From Bugula neritina (Eukaryota > Animalia > Bryozoa): a stretch of 64,000 nucleotides of DNA. The notes beneath the pieces are model-generated. The model did not search any database, was not told the origin of the DNA, and was given only the letters and a program-made list of their open reading frames with translations. The DNA is taken from the NCBI GenBank assembly GCA_964035545.1, contig OZ037767.1, positions 20,476,628 to 20,540,627 of the forward strand, written 5' to 3'. The position numbers and the translations under genes were made by a program. Positions 1 through 13,690 of the stretch are shown here, piece by piece (the stretch's first letter is position 1; every line of letters begins with the position of its first letter).

Positions 1-963
1 CCCAGACGCATTGGAATGATCAGGTTAGTGAGATATGCCCTAAATAGTTTACACCAAGCTCAATGAAGTTAGACATTTGTTTTGATGGCCAAGTTTTAGC
101 AGTGAGCAGTGTCTGCTTTATACTCGTCTTTGCTAAAGCAGACTTGGTAATTTCTGGAATTCACCATTGTTATGGCTTCTGACATGTGCAGTGTAAGTTT
201 AGCTATTTTCTACACAGCCGTCGCGCTACTATTAGGTTTAATAACCAATAAATGTTTCATTTTAAGTGCTCTGTGGAAGGACACACAATTTACTGCATAG
301 ACATGTTGTTTCAGAGACTGGATGAAATGGTTCTCCTGTGTCTTGTATGGTTTGCTGCCATTCCTTGTCTTCCAGTACATGTGCTACGTCGTGTACTGTA
401 AGGGGCATGTGTATAGGAAGGCTGTACCTTCTCTACTGATAGACTACGCCAAAGACCGTGGTTACCATGTTCCCAGCGATGAGCCTAGCCAGTGGTGTTA
501 CCATCAGATACCGTATGCATATGGATACATACAGAAACACCACTGGAATGTTGGTCTAGGAAACTATTTTGAACTGAAACAGATTCCTAACTTCTTACTA
601 GCCACTCCAGTGGTAATACTCTCTCTGTACAGTGTATTTGATTGTATTGCAGAGTTTCACATTAGTTATCAGCAAAGCCCGTCTTTCAGGTCATGGGTAA
701 AAGGCAAACCGATGATGTACACACCTTACCTATTACACTTACTCTTTCTGGTGCTTTACGGGGTACTTACAGTTCATGTACAAATTTTAACTAGACTCAT
801 TTACTCTTCCAGTCCACTTATTTATATTTCTGTATCTAAAATGTTAGCCAAGTGTACCAAAACCCTTCAACCGTCCTTTCCGCTGAAACTCATCATCTGG
901 TACCACTTTCTGTTTATTATCTTAGGTACCATCATGCATACCAATTTCTATCCCTGGACATAG
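1..963 (+). CDS. PIGV: GPI mannosyltransferase 2, 3' part (exons <1-23 and 315-963)
   Basis: The last exon encodes YGYIQKHHWNVG..YFELKQIPNFLLATP and C-terminal HTNFYPWT, typical of PIG-V/Gpi18. Donor CAG|GTTAGT at 23/24 and acceptor tttcag| at 314 join in phase (PRRIGMIR-DWMKW). Confidence 0.93.
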
Positions 964-1404
964 TTTCAATTTTTTATACTGGTTTATTTTATTGCTGTTG
1001 ATATTAAATCACAAATATTTAATTCTTAACATTATTTTTACAAATCAAAATATATCAAATCTAAATAATAACACAACGTTATAGAGTATAGACTCTAAAC
1101 AACTTATTTTATGTTGGTTATTCTTTTCTATTATTTGCTGGCCAGAGGTCTGTTTTTATAATATTTTTCAATGAAAACGTGTACATTTAAATACAGAAGT
1201 TTTATTAAATAAAGAATAAAAATATTAGAACACTCTTTTGACAAGAAACGCACACCTTAAGAGTGCTATTAGTAAGTGTTTCTAGGTGCTTGCATGCTAG
1301 GAACAGTCCATATGTATGACCCCATGTGCGATCTGTAACCTCTGTGTATTGACCTGTGACCTCTGTGTGTGTGACCTTAGCATGTGAACCCCTTCATAGC
1401 ACCT

Positions 1405-4400
1405 TTACATGTGACTTCTTCTGAACATTACTAGGCCTTCCCCACCAACAACTAGCAAATCTCTGCAAAGTGAAACAGTATTGTTACATAATGCATGCAA
1501 ACGACTATACTGCTACTATTAGTGTGTGTATATGTATATATGTATGTATAATATGTTATACACGTATACATGTTTAATACTAACAACTTCCATTTACCTA
1601 TAACAGCATAGGGTACTGACGTCTGCAACTGAAACAAACTTTGAAGACTCAACACTCCACTCTTTGTCATCACTGGGACTTGCCCGTGACCACATGTGCA
1701 GACGTTGGTCAATAGAGACTGATACGAATGTATCTGCGGTCAGTGATTGGATACCTTCAACGAAGAGCATAGATAGTTTGGAGAAACGTTTGCATGTAAT
1801 GGCAGAGAAGTAAGTTTTTAGTGACATGAAACATGCTATGCAAAGCTGAACAAAATACTAAATAGTTATTCAATTTCAATAAGAACAGAATTATGTGGAA
1901 TGGAAAGTATGCAGCATTGAGGAGCTGCACCAGATGTGAGGTAGGAGTGGTACAAAGACTCGGCGTCTGGTAACACATACTAGCTGCCTAATACAACCAC
2001 TAGAAAATATTGCTCTTCCGTCACTTTGATCAGCACGATCTATAAATCTTGAGCTTTTCAATAAAACCGAAACAAATGACAGAAAGGAGTGAGGGGTAAA
2101 AAGTGTCAAAGGTTTTACAGGTATAAACATCAAGGTGAAAAAGTGTCATAAAGGTGTCCAAGGTAGTGTCAATAAAGCAAGCTTGATAAATATATACTCA
2201 ATCAGTATCAAACATTCCATCAATCCCCAGTATTCAATTAGCACCTAATGATAATAATTACACAATGGTGATGAATATATAATGGTATAGTAGCGTACCA
2301 GTGATCTGGGCGGAGTGCTGGTGATTATGTTTTAGTGATGTCACTTCCTTTGTCTGCAAGTCAACACTCGACACGGTAACACAGTTATCATCACCGCCGG
2401 AACAAATTGTCAAAGTATTTTCAGTGTAGCACTGGGCACTGACAGCATTCACACCTGATTGGTGGACAGATATCTGCATGAAGGGCTCTCTGAGAGTAAC
2501 ATTGAAACTGCTTTTGTTAACGGAAACCTTCTTTCTAGCCGTCATCTGTGAGAGATTACTGCTTATACTATTCAGTATCTTCGTAAAGTCTATCAGTATG
2601 ATATGCCCATCAGTTGCCCCACTAATAAGTAGTGTTAAATCAGAACTAACAGGAACACAGTCTAGTGTTAGCAAACAATGCGTATGTTCGTATATAAAGT
2701 CTGTAACAAGGTGTAGGAGATGTGTTCCCTCATCATATAGAATAAACCTGGAAAAACATTAGCATAGAACAAGTCAGAATTACAACATTAGAGCTGTGAG
2801 CAAATCGGTTAGATTAATTGTGAAATATATTTGAAATTGAAAGCAGATATAACAGATGCAAAGAGGCTGGAAAATGAGAGCTTTGATCAGTTATGAGTCG
2901 TCAATTCATTAGCTAATGAAATGAGTGCATCAATATATTTATTTTCTAACACTGTCATTGCATAATATCGAGTAGATAAAAGAAGTGTTTGAATAAAATA
3001 AAAGAGCCCATCTTGTCATAGAAAACGCAATCTCGTTTTATAATACTTTTTAGAAACTAAGCATTTGACATAAAAATTTACATGAGAATATAAAATTCCA
3101 GTTTTCATTAAGAAATATTATTTCTGTTCGTTTATCTTTAAAGTTCGCATGTATTATGTAATATAACAAAGCAATTCTACTCACTTTATAGTACCATCTG
3201 AACAAGCCGCACTTATAAGGTGTGTGTAGTGTCTCAGAGGATGTGATGTAACGGCCATGATTCTCACATCTGCTTCTTCAGAGTTATCATCTCTTGACTG
3301 TCTTCTGAACATAGAGACACCCTTAGTCACGTTCATTGAGCTCTTAACTGCACCAGTGACCTCTCCGTCTGCATCTGTTAGGAAAAGAGAAATTACACAG
3401 CTACATAGTAGCAGAAATATAAACAGCTGTGTTTCAGACTTGGGTTTTTTATCTGACATCAGCTCTTGATGTCCCTAGCTAGCAGCGCAAGTAACTGATT
3501 GGCTAATAAAATAACTAACAGATGCAAGTCTGCTGAAGTTAGCAATGCAAGAAAGAATCTATTTATTGAATTTGTAATCTAATTTTTCCTAGACTTATAC
3601 AAACTCACCATCCCTGTGAGAAAACCCCTGATGAAAAGGGTTTTTTTAAGCATGCTTAAGACTTATATTCATATGTGGCACAGGAGTAATTATGACTGGA
3701 TGCTCTTCCTAACATCACCAATGGCGTTTACTAATGATCTAACCTTAAAGACCTTGACTGCTTCCTTTAGACTTATAAACTAACAAAATAAAATATCTAA
3801 TATCTAAAGAAATATCAAAAATAAGAGCAGACAATCCTCAGAGTAGAAGAAATAGAAGCTTACCACATGCCAGAACAGAGACAAGGAGTTGTGCCCTCCC
3901 TCCCCCAGAGAACACTATGACATCATCATTACTAGCCAGGCTAGGGGTAAGAGTTAGACACTTGGCATTAGAGATGTGCACCAGTGTGCTACACCTAGTC
4001 TTCAGAGCAGCTTCTCGCTCAGGTGAGAAGGCAGCATTGACTATCTCACAGACGATCACATGGCCGTCATCTGCTGACGTCACCAGGAAGTCCCGACCGC
4101 GCATAGAAAATATCCGACAGTCAGTGATCTTCCCACTGTGGTGCTCTGCCTGTAATATGAAACATGGAGATTTCGAAAAAGCCTGGTCGAGTTACTTGAC
4201 ATCAATCAGAGAAACAAGCTTTTAGTTCATATCTTAAGAACTCTGCCGTCATGTGTACACAAGCATAACAAAAATACAACTAAATAGATGAATATTTTGG
4301 TTTAGTTGGATTAAACTGAAGTGTATGTTACCCACCACTAGCCTGGTGCAGGGTAGAGCAGCTGCCTTTGATGCAAGATTTGTAGTTTTATCCTTGATGT

Positions 4401-7400
4401 AAGCAAAGTAGTGACAACCTTCAGCCTGTGAGAAGGCCCAGCTTCTGTGCCCACCCCCGCAGTCTAGCCTCAGTACCACTTGGTCTGCGAGCAGATCATA
4501 CAGCAGCACTTCAGTCTACAAATACTCTGCAGTATAGTTTATTGTGACCTGCTTTAGGCTTTTTGGGCCCAAAATGCAACATATTACTTCACTAGCAGAT
4601 AACACGGCACAAAATATTGCACTGCGATACTTAAATTTTTATTTAACAAATTTTTCTAACATATTTATCTATTTGTTGTAGAATAATAACTTAGGATATT
4701 ATGTGAAAGACTACACACATTGTGAAAGACGATGAGCTTTGCGTTGCCATCTCCTTCAGGTAGTAACTTCGCTATCCAATCAAACTGCTTCGAGACCTGA
4801 AATCGGTATTCAGCATAGAATAAAATACATGTGCATTGTATATGTATACATGTATGTGTAGTATACAGTATGTATAATAATATACAGTATGTATAGTATA
4901 CAGTATGTATAGCATACATACTGTATACTCCACATACTGTATAGTATACAGTATGTATAGTATACATACTGTATACTCCACATACTGTATAGTATACAGT
5001 ATGTATAGTATACAGTATGTATAGTATACAGGATATTATAAGTTTACACATGCTAAGAATTTTGTCTCAATCAAGCCTATGAGAAGATAACTTGGTGATC
5101 AATAAATCAAGATTGACTCATATTAGTTCTGTCACACTAGTTTACTGATTCAACAACCTTAGTGAGAAAAATATAAACATTCAACATTTGACTATGATAT
5201 AATAACATTTTCTTTTAAAATAAGTTATTTAACAAAATTAAATTCTACACACCAACAGCTTGCCTCTTGAGATATAATATTTTCAATGGCATTTAAGGTA
5301 TAAGTTGACACTAGGATGTAAACTTGTTTTATGATGCCAGTTAATGTTCCTTTGCTGCGCAGTATTAACAGGGTTGGGGTCAATTACATATGAACGTAAT
5401 TAATTGCAATTACAATTACATGGGAATTTTTCAATTACAATTATAATAACAGTTGAAATAAATGTAAATAATTGCAATTACAATTACATGGTAATGTAAT
5501 TAATTACAAATACAATTACTTTTTTCTCACAAGAGACAAAAAAATATAATCTCACTTCTGTAGTCCAACTATTTTGACATCTGAAAACCTTCTTTGTTCT
5601 CAACAGTAACGAATAGGGTGATAAATATGACATTAAATTAATCTGAACTTTTTATTAAACAGTAGGCAAGGCAGGAAAATATGAATTTTATAAGATTTAA
5701 AAATTTGAAGTAATAGTTATGTAATTATTAAGTGATTGTGAAGTTCAATTACATTAGCAATGTAATTAATTACAATTTTATACATCAATTACAAATTACA
5801 TTCAATTACTTGAGAAAATGTAATTAATTACAACTAATTACAATTACCCCAACCCTGGCAGTATATAATATGATATTAGTATGTAACGAGAACTTTTTAA
5901 AGCAAAAAAAATGTTCCCACACCGGGAATCGAACCCGGGCCGCCTGGGTGAAAACCAGGAATCCTAACCCCTAGACCATATGGGAATACATAAGAGCAAG
6001 GAGGCTAATTTATGTACCATTTGCTAACTACACTCCGATGCTGACTACTAGGTTGCATAGCCAATACATTTTCGCATTTATTGACTCGCTGACCTGCGGA
6101 TTCTCTGAACAAATTGGTAATGATTTAATTGGCTTGAAAGCTACAATTCATGATCATTTGTTGCAAATATTTAAATTTTAGACTTTTTCTTCACATTCAA
6201 TTGGAGTCCAAAAATATTTAGTTAGGTTATTTTTTATACAAAATCATTAACAATAAGCTAAATAATTACATACAGTAGATTCAGTGCTATTAAAAAGTCT
6301 CATAGATATTTTGATTTAATTACTATTCATGTTACATTTCTAGTATGTAACAGTATAAATATAATGTGGAGTTATTATTTGTTCAGACTAAATAGTTATT
6401 GTTTAATGTTTAATTTTTTAAACATTCCGAACCTATTTAATTTGTATAAGGGTCAATTTGCTGAATTTAGTACTCAGTCGAAATTTTCAGTAATCAGCTA
6501 TCAATCACAATTTAGCTGCTAATGTATATGGGTTTTTGCCCTAAACTAATGAAAATTTAATAAAATGCAACTAAATAATGAAGATACTTTTAAATTTTGC
6601 TTAATTGCTATGTTTATTCCCAATTATTTAGTTCATTTGAATTTGCAGACTGTCACTGTTTTTTCCGTGAAAACACTACGTAACATTGCTGTATGGAAAC
6701 ACTACGTAACATTGCTACATGGAACCACTACGTAACATTGCTACATGGAACCACTACGTAACATTGCTGTATGGAAACACTACGTAACATTGCTGCGTGA
6801 AAACAATAATGTATTTCTAACCTTCTACTGACCTTGAACTGGGAGCAGTTGACAAGTTGGCTGTTAGTTATTGACCACTTGTTATAGAACCCATCTCTGC
6901 CCACAGTATGGATGTAGTTGGAGAAGAAATGTATGTCCGTAAGTCCACCTTTGCCATGTGTTTTACCGAGAGAGCAAGTTGGTAAAGTGGCAAGACTGGT
7001 GGTCTCAGTGATCTACAGCACACAATTGATGGTAAATGTACAGTATAATACATTGTAATATACTAATATGTAGTATTAGATAACATTATATATGGTATAA
7101 TAAAGGAATACATGTCATATGGAACATTTGAGTATATCAGGGAATGCTGAGTTAATAAAAACTTTGAAAAACCTAAGCAAACCCTTTTTTAGCTTTTAAA
7201 ATGTTCAGCTTTGTCAAAGGAAGGTAAAAAATGGTAATAAATATTCAAACCTGCACACACTCCAGCTTGTAGCTAGTTTCACAACTATACCTAAGTACTA
7301 CCTCTTTTGTGTCGCAACTATACCAATCTCATTCACTAGTGTCAGAAACTATGTTAGCAACAAAAGTTCAACATAAAGCGCATTATAAAAAATACTAGCC

Positions 7401-10400
7401 GGTGAAAAACCTATACAAGCTTATCCTTGGATCATCTTGGCTATCCAACCGGAATTGACTTTTTACCTCATGTTGATCAAATGAACAAGTGTAGACTAAA
7501 GTTGAATGATTAGACTAAGTTCTACGTTTGAATTAATAGTCTGAAAGGTGTTAAAACCCACCCGCTCTTCACTGACATACAAGTGCAGAGACCCGACCAT
7601 GTCCGCACACACCAGGTAGCGGAGATCATCTCCATAAGCTAGACATGCAGCCGTCACAAACCGCTGTTTACTCTTCGGGAGATGGTACTTGCCCATAAGT
7701 GATACGGACAAAGCGCTTGCCCCTAAGGCTACTTCGTGCAAAGTCTAGAAAAGTAGTAACACATTGTTTCTATATCCCTGCATTTGACATACAGGTTATA
7801 TATCAGATAAGACAAAGGTTGTATCCAGCAACAACTAGAAGTAGCGCAGCATTACAGTTATGTAATAAGTTCAGTAAAACTAGCATCAACAGTTTAAAAG
7901 TGGAGGCAAATAGGAGGAAAACAAAAGGTTTTAGCTGTACAGATGTGAGCAATATAGAGGTATTCTGAGACAAACTACGGGGTGTTTTAATGGTTAGCTG
8001 CAGAAGAATGGAGTAAACTATATTAACCCAGTAGCAGTAAACAGGTATGGAATACTGGAATAAGTTGTTAGTGTGGTGACACAGTATTACTACTACCTAC
8101 CATCTCACCGTTAGTGTCCGTAACCAAAAGAAGAGGCGATGACAATGGGCTCGCATCAAACAACCACGTCACACTCATGACCTTGCCAGTACACATGTCA
8201 AGGTCATTGACGGCTACAAGGGTATGGCATTTGTAAGGAAATGGTGAAATATACTAAGAAATGACCGAAGAAAACAGGAAATGCAACACCAACTTAACTA
8301 AATATCTTAGAATACTACCTTCAACCACGAGGTCATGACTAACAAGTATTAGCCTAAGAACTCCGCCTGCACTGCCCAAAGCAATGAGGGCTTTGTCTGA
8401 TGCAGCCCATGTGCTGCTCATCACAGTGTAGCCTTTGAACCTGCCATCAGTTAGCAGCTCACACAACTTGCTGCCCTGAAACAACGCATTGTGTCTCTTA
8501 CTAGAGAGTCTAAGATGTGAAAATATGGCAAATTGAAAAGTGAGATGAAAAGGAAGTTAATATAATAGTTCTGTTGATTTATTTTCCATAAAATAAAGGA
8601 AATATAAAGTATTTATAATAATTCTCATGTTTATAAAAGAATTTATCGTCACTTTTTCAAAAGTAATACAATTTCTTAGTAATGAAATTTGAATACCTAC
8701 ACTCTAGATATATGGAGTCTAGCTTTCTAACAATACATTTAGTAATCTTTTTGTAGAAACTAAAACCATCAACACTAAACCAGCAATGTTACCAACAATC
8801 TATTGGAGGAAAGCATAGGTTCAAATTTATCTGGTTTCCTACAATGTATCTGGCAATTAGCAACTTATCTAGCAACTGACAACGTATCTAGCAATTGACA
8901 ATGTATCTACATTGGCGTGTAGTCATTCACCTGTGCGAGATGACGAGCAAGCAGGCATCCTTGATCAGTCATCATGAAACAGCTACTTCCTGTGATACAG
9001 ATGGTTCGGGGAAAGTCCTTGACCTCAACAGCATCAACTTGCTCTCTAACTATAGACTCAGAACTGTCTTCAGCATGCAGTAGTTGTAATAATTCCCATG
9101 ATTTCACGCTCATATCACCACCACATGTTACCTGCATACAAGATTACAGAGCTATTCGAGCATGTAGAATAGTAATCTTCATTACAACATCAAACATCAA
9201 TGATGAGGCAGTGGTGGACACCTAGCATGTTCACACAGTGCAAATACAGTCCAGGTTATTTGTAATGTCAGCAAGGGCATCAAAGCATGTTAGCTCTTAG
9301 GTCAGCAGATGAACACAAAGGCTGTGATTATACGAGTTTATTTTCAACATCGTAGGAGTTATCATACCCAACTGTAAAGGAAACACGTTGCAAACCTTAC
9401 AACACAATAACATGATGCAATAGTTGCAGAAGTCATTCAACTTATTGCCACCTTGAAGGTTAAACACAGAAAACCATCAACTTTTGATGAAACAAAACTG
9501 CTATCTGAATCCTAAACTTATATGCCAGTATAATTTCTGTTTTTGTATATAATAATGAGGAGGAATGATTTTAACGAGCTATTTAACTATTTATCAGAAC
9601 ATCAATGGCAACATAATTAATCAATATAACAATTGATTTACAAATGTGATAATATTATGTAGCATCGTCCAGTATGTTGAGAATAAGTCATTTGAACTAA
9701 GTCTTTGTTGCTAAAGATTTACACAGAGCTACATGAAATTCTTACCACATAGCTACCATATACCAACTATATAATTACTAACTATATACTTACTAATTAT
9801 ATACTTACTTATTACATACTTACACATTCTTGTATATATACTTACCAGATATTTATGACTGACTGCCATGCACCAAATGTTCTTTCTCTAATAAAAAATA
9901 TAATACTTACGTGACAAGATGTAGAAACAACACAGATGGTCGATAAGAATTGTATGTGTGAGAAGATGCACAGCATTTCTACTCTAATTTAGCCTCAGCC
10001 ACATAACTGGCAGTCAGTTATCTTTCTGTTTATATTAAACTTTATAATTCTGAAGAGACGGAACAAGAAAAAATATGTTAACACCACAGTCTAGTAAAAC
10101 ATAGTCCTTGTACCATAACAAAGCAGGCATAAAAGGTTGTCAGAGCGAACTCTGTTCTCAATCTACACATTCTAGAGCTAGTTCGCAGCCTACATTTGCC
10201 GGGTTAGCTGGGTAATGCAGTGAACAGAGAACGGTAGGTGGGAAAACTATTAACTATCTCAAACAACAAGCTTTATAGGACAGAGGTCAACTTAGAAAGG
10301 TCTTACATACTTTATGAGCCTTGATCTTCTTGCGTATAGAACCATCTACATTCCAGACTAAGATGTTTGCATCCTAAAAATATTAATAACCAGTAAACTG

Positions 10401-12262
10401 GTGGTGAAGCAGAGACTACATCATACTGACACTAAAACATTAAGATCCGACGCGAGAATATAAAGCTTGAAAGAATACTCTGGCATGCTGCAGTTGCCGG
10501 ATGTGTCAGTTTAGAGAGCAAGGAAACACATTTGGTTGCAGGTAAAATTGTCTAGCTAAAAATATTACCAATTCATGATTATATTCCAGCTGAGGTGAAA
10601 GAAGAAAAAACTAAAAGATTATTGGCTATGCTTTGTAGACTTTATTATATAACTACACTGTCTACAAAGCTATTGTGTAATAAGAAACAGTCTTAAGCAC
10701 AGATGAAGAACAGTGTTTCTCTAAATACAGTTAAATGTGACTGATAGAAGATCGACAAAATAAGCCTCAAATTCTGGAAGTAGAACGAGTATACTGTGTA
10801 CCTCCCCAATACTGATGACAGTTTTGTGGTCCAGAATAATGGCAGCCCATACTCGAGAGGTATGACCATGACACACAGAGAGTAGCTGGAACTTTGCGTC
10901 ACGCCATGTTCTAGCACCATTAACCGTGAAGTCATAACGCCAAATATGCACAGTGCGGTCATCAGATACGGAAGATACTAGTTGGGAGTCATACTCTATA
11001 TTTATATCAAAGATAACACCCTGAAACAAAATAAAGTTCATTTACAACAGCAGCGTGGATACTTCTCTGTGATATGCTAGATTATCTGTAGAAATGATGA
11101 ATATAAAATCACTGACTTTGTGTCCTTTGAGAATGTGCAGAATGGAAGGTGTGGTTGGCTCAGCACATTGAGCTCTATTCCATATAATAATATCATTGAA
11201 TACAGTGCCGGCAGCTACATAAACATCTGCAGCACTCTTTATCACCTTCTTATCACAAGAGTATAAAAGTTTAGCAGAATATCTTGACAAGACAGTTAAA
11301 GGATTCAAACAAATAATGTGGGAAACTGATTTAATGTAGAGTGAAGTCACTTAATAATGGTTAAAATGGGAAACAAATTCATAATAACAAGATGAAAAAA
11401 GAAATCAATTAGTTCCAAGAGTATGTAACATTTTCTGCTCCGTTAAAACACATCATCGTCAATTAAAGACATTTGTTTTATCCAATCACGTAAAAGGATA
11501 CAGGATACAATTGATGCTGGACCGATGTACTTCTACCACAGAGCCCGTGGAGGCACAGGCAATACACAGGACGTTGTGTGCCGTCACAAAGGCATATCTA
11601 GATGAGTCAGAAAACCACACAAGGTCCAGTATCCAGTCAGAAAACTCGATTAAAGGCACTTCTACCCTGCAAAAGGAGTTTGAAGTACCATTGACTACTG
11701 TATATAGAGAAATGTGATGGGAATATTTCACGGAAATTTAAAAAAAACTCACTTTATCTGTTTTTCATCTTCTACAGAAAGTTTTAAAATGGACACAGAC
11801 TTTTGACCAAATACAGCAATAATATCTCCATTTCCTAAAAGTAAATTCAACACAAAATGTTCCAATAAGATGAGCAGACAAATATCTTTCACGTGGTTCA
11901 TACAATAAACAGTGTGCTCAAGAATACCTTGTCGAAATCCATGAGCAACCCGGCCATGGAGAACATCACTTTTACACTCAAAGCTCCATTTTCCTGTCCC
12001 TATACTGTACAAACAAACCTCTGACCCAGTACCTAAAATACATAACTAAACAATATATTAGAGTCAATTATGAATGATCAATATCTATAAAAGCAAAAAC
12101 TAAAAGCAAGTGAATCAAAATTAGAATGTTTAAAACAACAAATGATTTAACGATTTAACAATTACCAAGTAGAAGGTACTGGTGACTCAGATCAGCTGCC
12201 AACTCAACCAGTAAGGCAGCTGTGACTCGTTGTACAGAACATATGGCTTTATATTGAGACAT
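1405..12262 (-). CDS. WDR6: WD-repeat protein 6 (Trm734-like partner of the tRNA Nm34 methyltransferase FTSJ1/Trm7), about 1056 aa, 20 coding exons
   Basis: Phase-consistent exons: 12262-12166, 12032-11928, 11834-11753, 11666-11502, 11282-11117, 11020-10802, 10373-10311, 9887-9846, 9131-8931, 8475-8319, 8213-8101, 7744-7562, 7012-6833, 4796-4719, 4515-4336, 4149-3864, 3374-3185, 2747-2299, 1754-1598, 1462-1405. Motifs: CILYSA, AAGTVFNDI, GHKGVIF, SVSDDRTV, CGGGHRSW, SGGGRAQL, HQSGVNA, SGGDDN, VADVS. Confidence 0.93.
4855..5030. repeat. Intronic minisatellite (GTATAGTATACAGTAT-based units)
   Basis: Visible tandem units; they produce the spurious Y/T/V-rich ORFs. Confidence 0.85.
5369..5857 (+). 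mobile_element. Non-autonomous DNA transposon (MITE, hAT-like CAGGG ends), copy 1
   Basis: Terminal inverted repeats CAGGGTTGGGG...CCCCAACCCTG, many internal (GT)AATTAC motifs, and a degenerate flanking duplication (cagtat). A second copy lies at 14925-15213. Confidence 0.75.
5914..5985 (-). tRNA. tRNA-Glu (TTC), inside a WDR6 intron
   Basis: The reverse complement TCCCATATGGTCTAGGGGTTAGGATTCCTGGTTTTCACCCAGGCGGCCCGGGTTCGATTCCCGGTGTGGGAA folds as a cloverleaf with a TTC anticodon and intact A/B boxes. A T8 Pol III terminator follows (5911-5904). Confidence 0.96.
6671..6800. repeat. 26-bp tandem repeat x5 (AA[A/C]CACTACGTAACATTGCT[GT/AC]ATGG)
   Basis: Directly visible tandem units. Confidence 0.9.
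11283..11501 (-). other. U12-type (minor spliceosome) GT-AG intron in WDR6
   Basis: 5' splice site GTATCCTTTT; branch site TCCTTTAAC at 11303-11295, about 10 nt before the AG. Removing the intron restores CIL|YSAK. Confidence 0.85.
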
Positions 12263-13182
12263 TACTCCCTTCAAGTCTTCATTACATTCGATCTACTGGT
12301 GAATTGTGTACCTACAACTTGACAAAAAAGTACCTGATTAGTTTAAGTCTTAAGTTTGATGTGATTAAAATAGAAAATATAAATAAACTATTAAATTAAT
12401 GAGGCAACACTAACAAAAACTAATTATCAATTATAAGATACCATGTTTTAAATTTAACATATTGCTTTGCAGTACAGTTGATGTGTATTCTAATCAACAT
12501 TTCTTTAAAATAATTTAGCGATAGAACACAAGAATAACGAGCAAAAACTAGCAAAACAGCAAACTTTTTTTATTTGCATTTGATTTTAATATAATTATTT
12601 ATTTTGATTTCTAGTGAGTTTACACCACTATTCACCACTCCAATAATTTCATGCTAAAAGTAAAGTAAACCATAGTAATTGCTATTTACTGTTAGTATTA
12701 TTATTAGTATAAGTATTAGTTTGAGTTTCACATTCCTCAGGATGAGGCTCAGCTTGAGCTTCAGGTTGAGGCTGGCCTTGCTTATTCTTAGTCTTACTCT
12801 TACCAATTAAAATTATGATTACTACATGCAAACATTCAATACAATTATATATTCAGTTTTACATAAACTTGAAAATATTGCCATTAGAAAATATAAGTAA
12901 ATAAAACATTAATTACAAGGCCTAAGGGCAAAGGTACATTCGTTGTCATTTGAATTTCACTTTTCATGTGCGAACTCGAATAGGAAATTGTGTATATAAA
13001 AAAGAAATGGAAAAGTAAGAGGTAGCCTAAATACCACAAAAGAAGATTTGCATATGAGGAAAAAAAGACATTTCGTTTCGATATAGGAGTTATGCCACCA
13101 AAACTAAGAAGTTTGTGATAGAGGGTCTAATTTAGCCAATAGGCCGAAAAAAGAATACAATAGTACAGCTTGCGAAAAACTG

Positions 13183-13203
13183 AACGCGCGGCGGCCATTG
13201 TTA
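13183..13203. promoter_or_regulatory. CpG-rich YY1-like motif (GCGGCGGCCATTGTT) in the divergent WDR6/SR-gene intergenic region
   Basis: A rare CpG cluster in AT-rich DNA that resembles the YY1 core GCCGCCATNTT. The transcription start site is not determined. Confidence 0.3.
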
Positions 13204-13375
13204 TCCACAACTCACAAGCATTACCTATAGTATTTCTATTTGACTTTTACTAATGATTTAGTTAACGATTCTTATTTACAAATACATTTAGTTTAAGTTT
13301 TATTCATATTGTTTCACTGATTAGCGATTTAGTTTTGTTTTTTTTTGCGATTACATTTTGATTTGGTTTTAATTC

Positions 13376-13690
13376 ATACTGATAGTGAGTAATGATAGTC
13401 ATACTCATAGTGATAGTGAATAGTCTAAGTCATAGTGATACTGATAGTGTGATACTGATGGTGATAGTGATACTCATACTGATACTCATAGTCAATGTCA
13501 TACCCATAGTGATAGTGATTGTCATAGTGATAGTGACTAAGCAGTAAGTAATAGTGACAGTCACCCATAAGTATGTATCAGTATGGTAGTGACTCAGACT
13601 GTCACTGAGACTGTGATACTCATACGGATAGTCTCACTCTCAGTCTGATACTCTAACTCAATCTCATACTCTTACTGAATCTGATACTGC
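13376..13690. repeat. Degenerate hexamer low-complexity repeat (GATAGT/GATACT/CATAGT)
   Basis: Visible 6-nt periodicity. Confidence 0.7.

Noticed and set aside
3381-3780. Extra WDR6 exon candidates, including the start of ORF 3181-3459
   Set aside because: They contain stops in the required phase; the direct splice 3864>3374 is in frame.
6671-6800. Regularly spaced repeats resembling a CRISPR array (also 42417-42607)
   Set aside because: Head-to-tail units with no unique spacers, no cas genes and a eukaryotic intron context.
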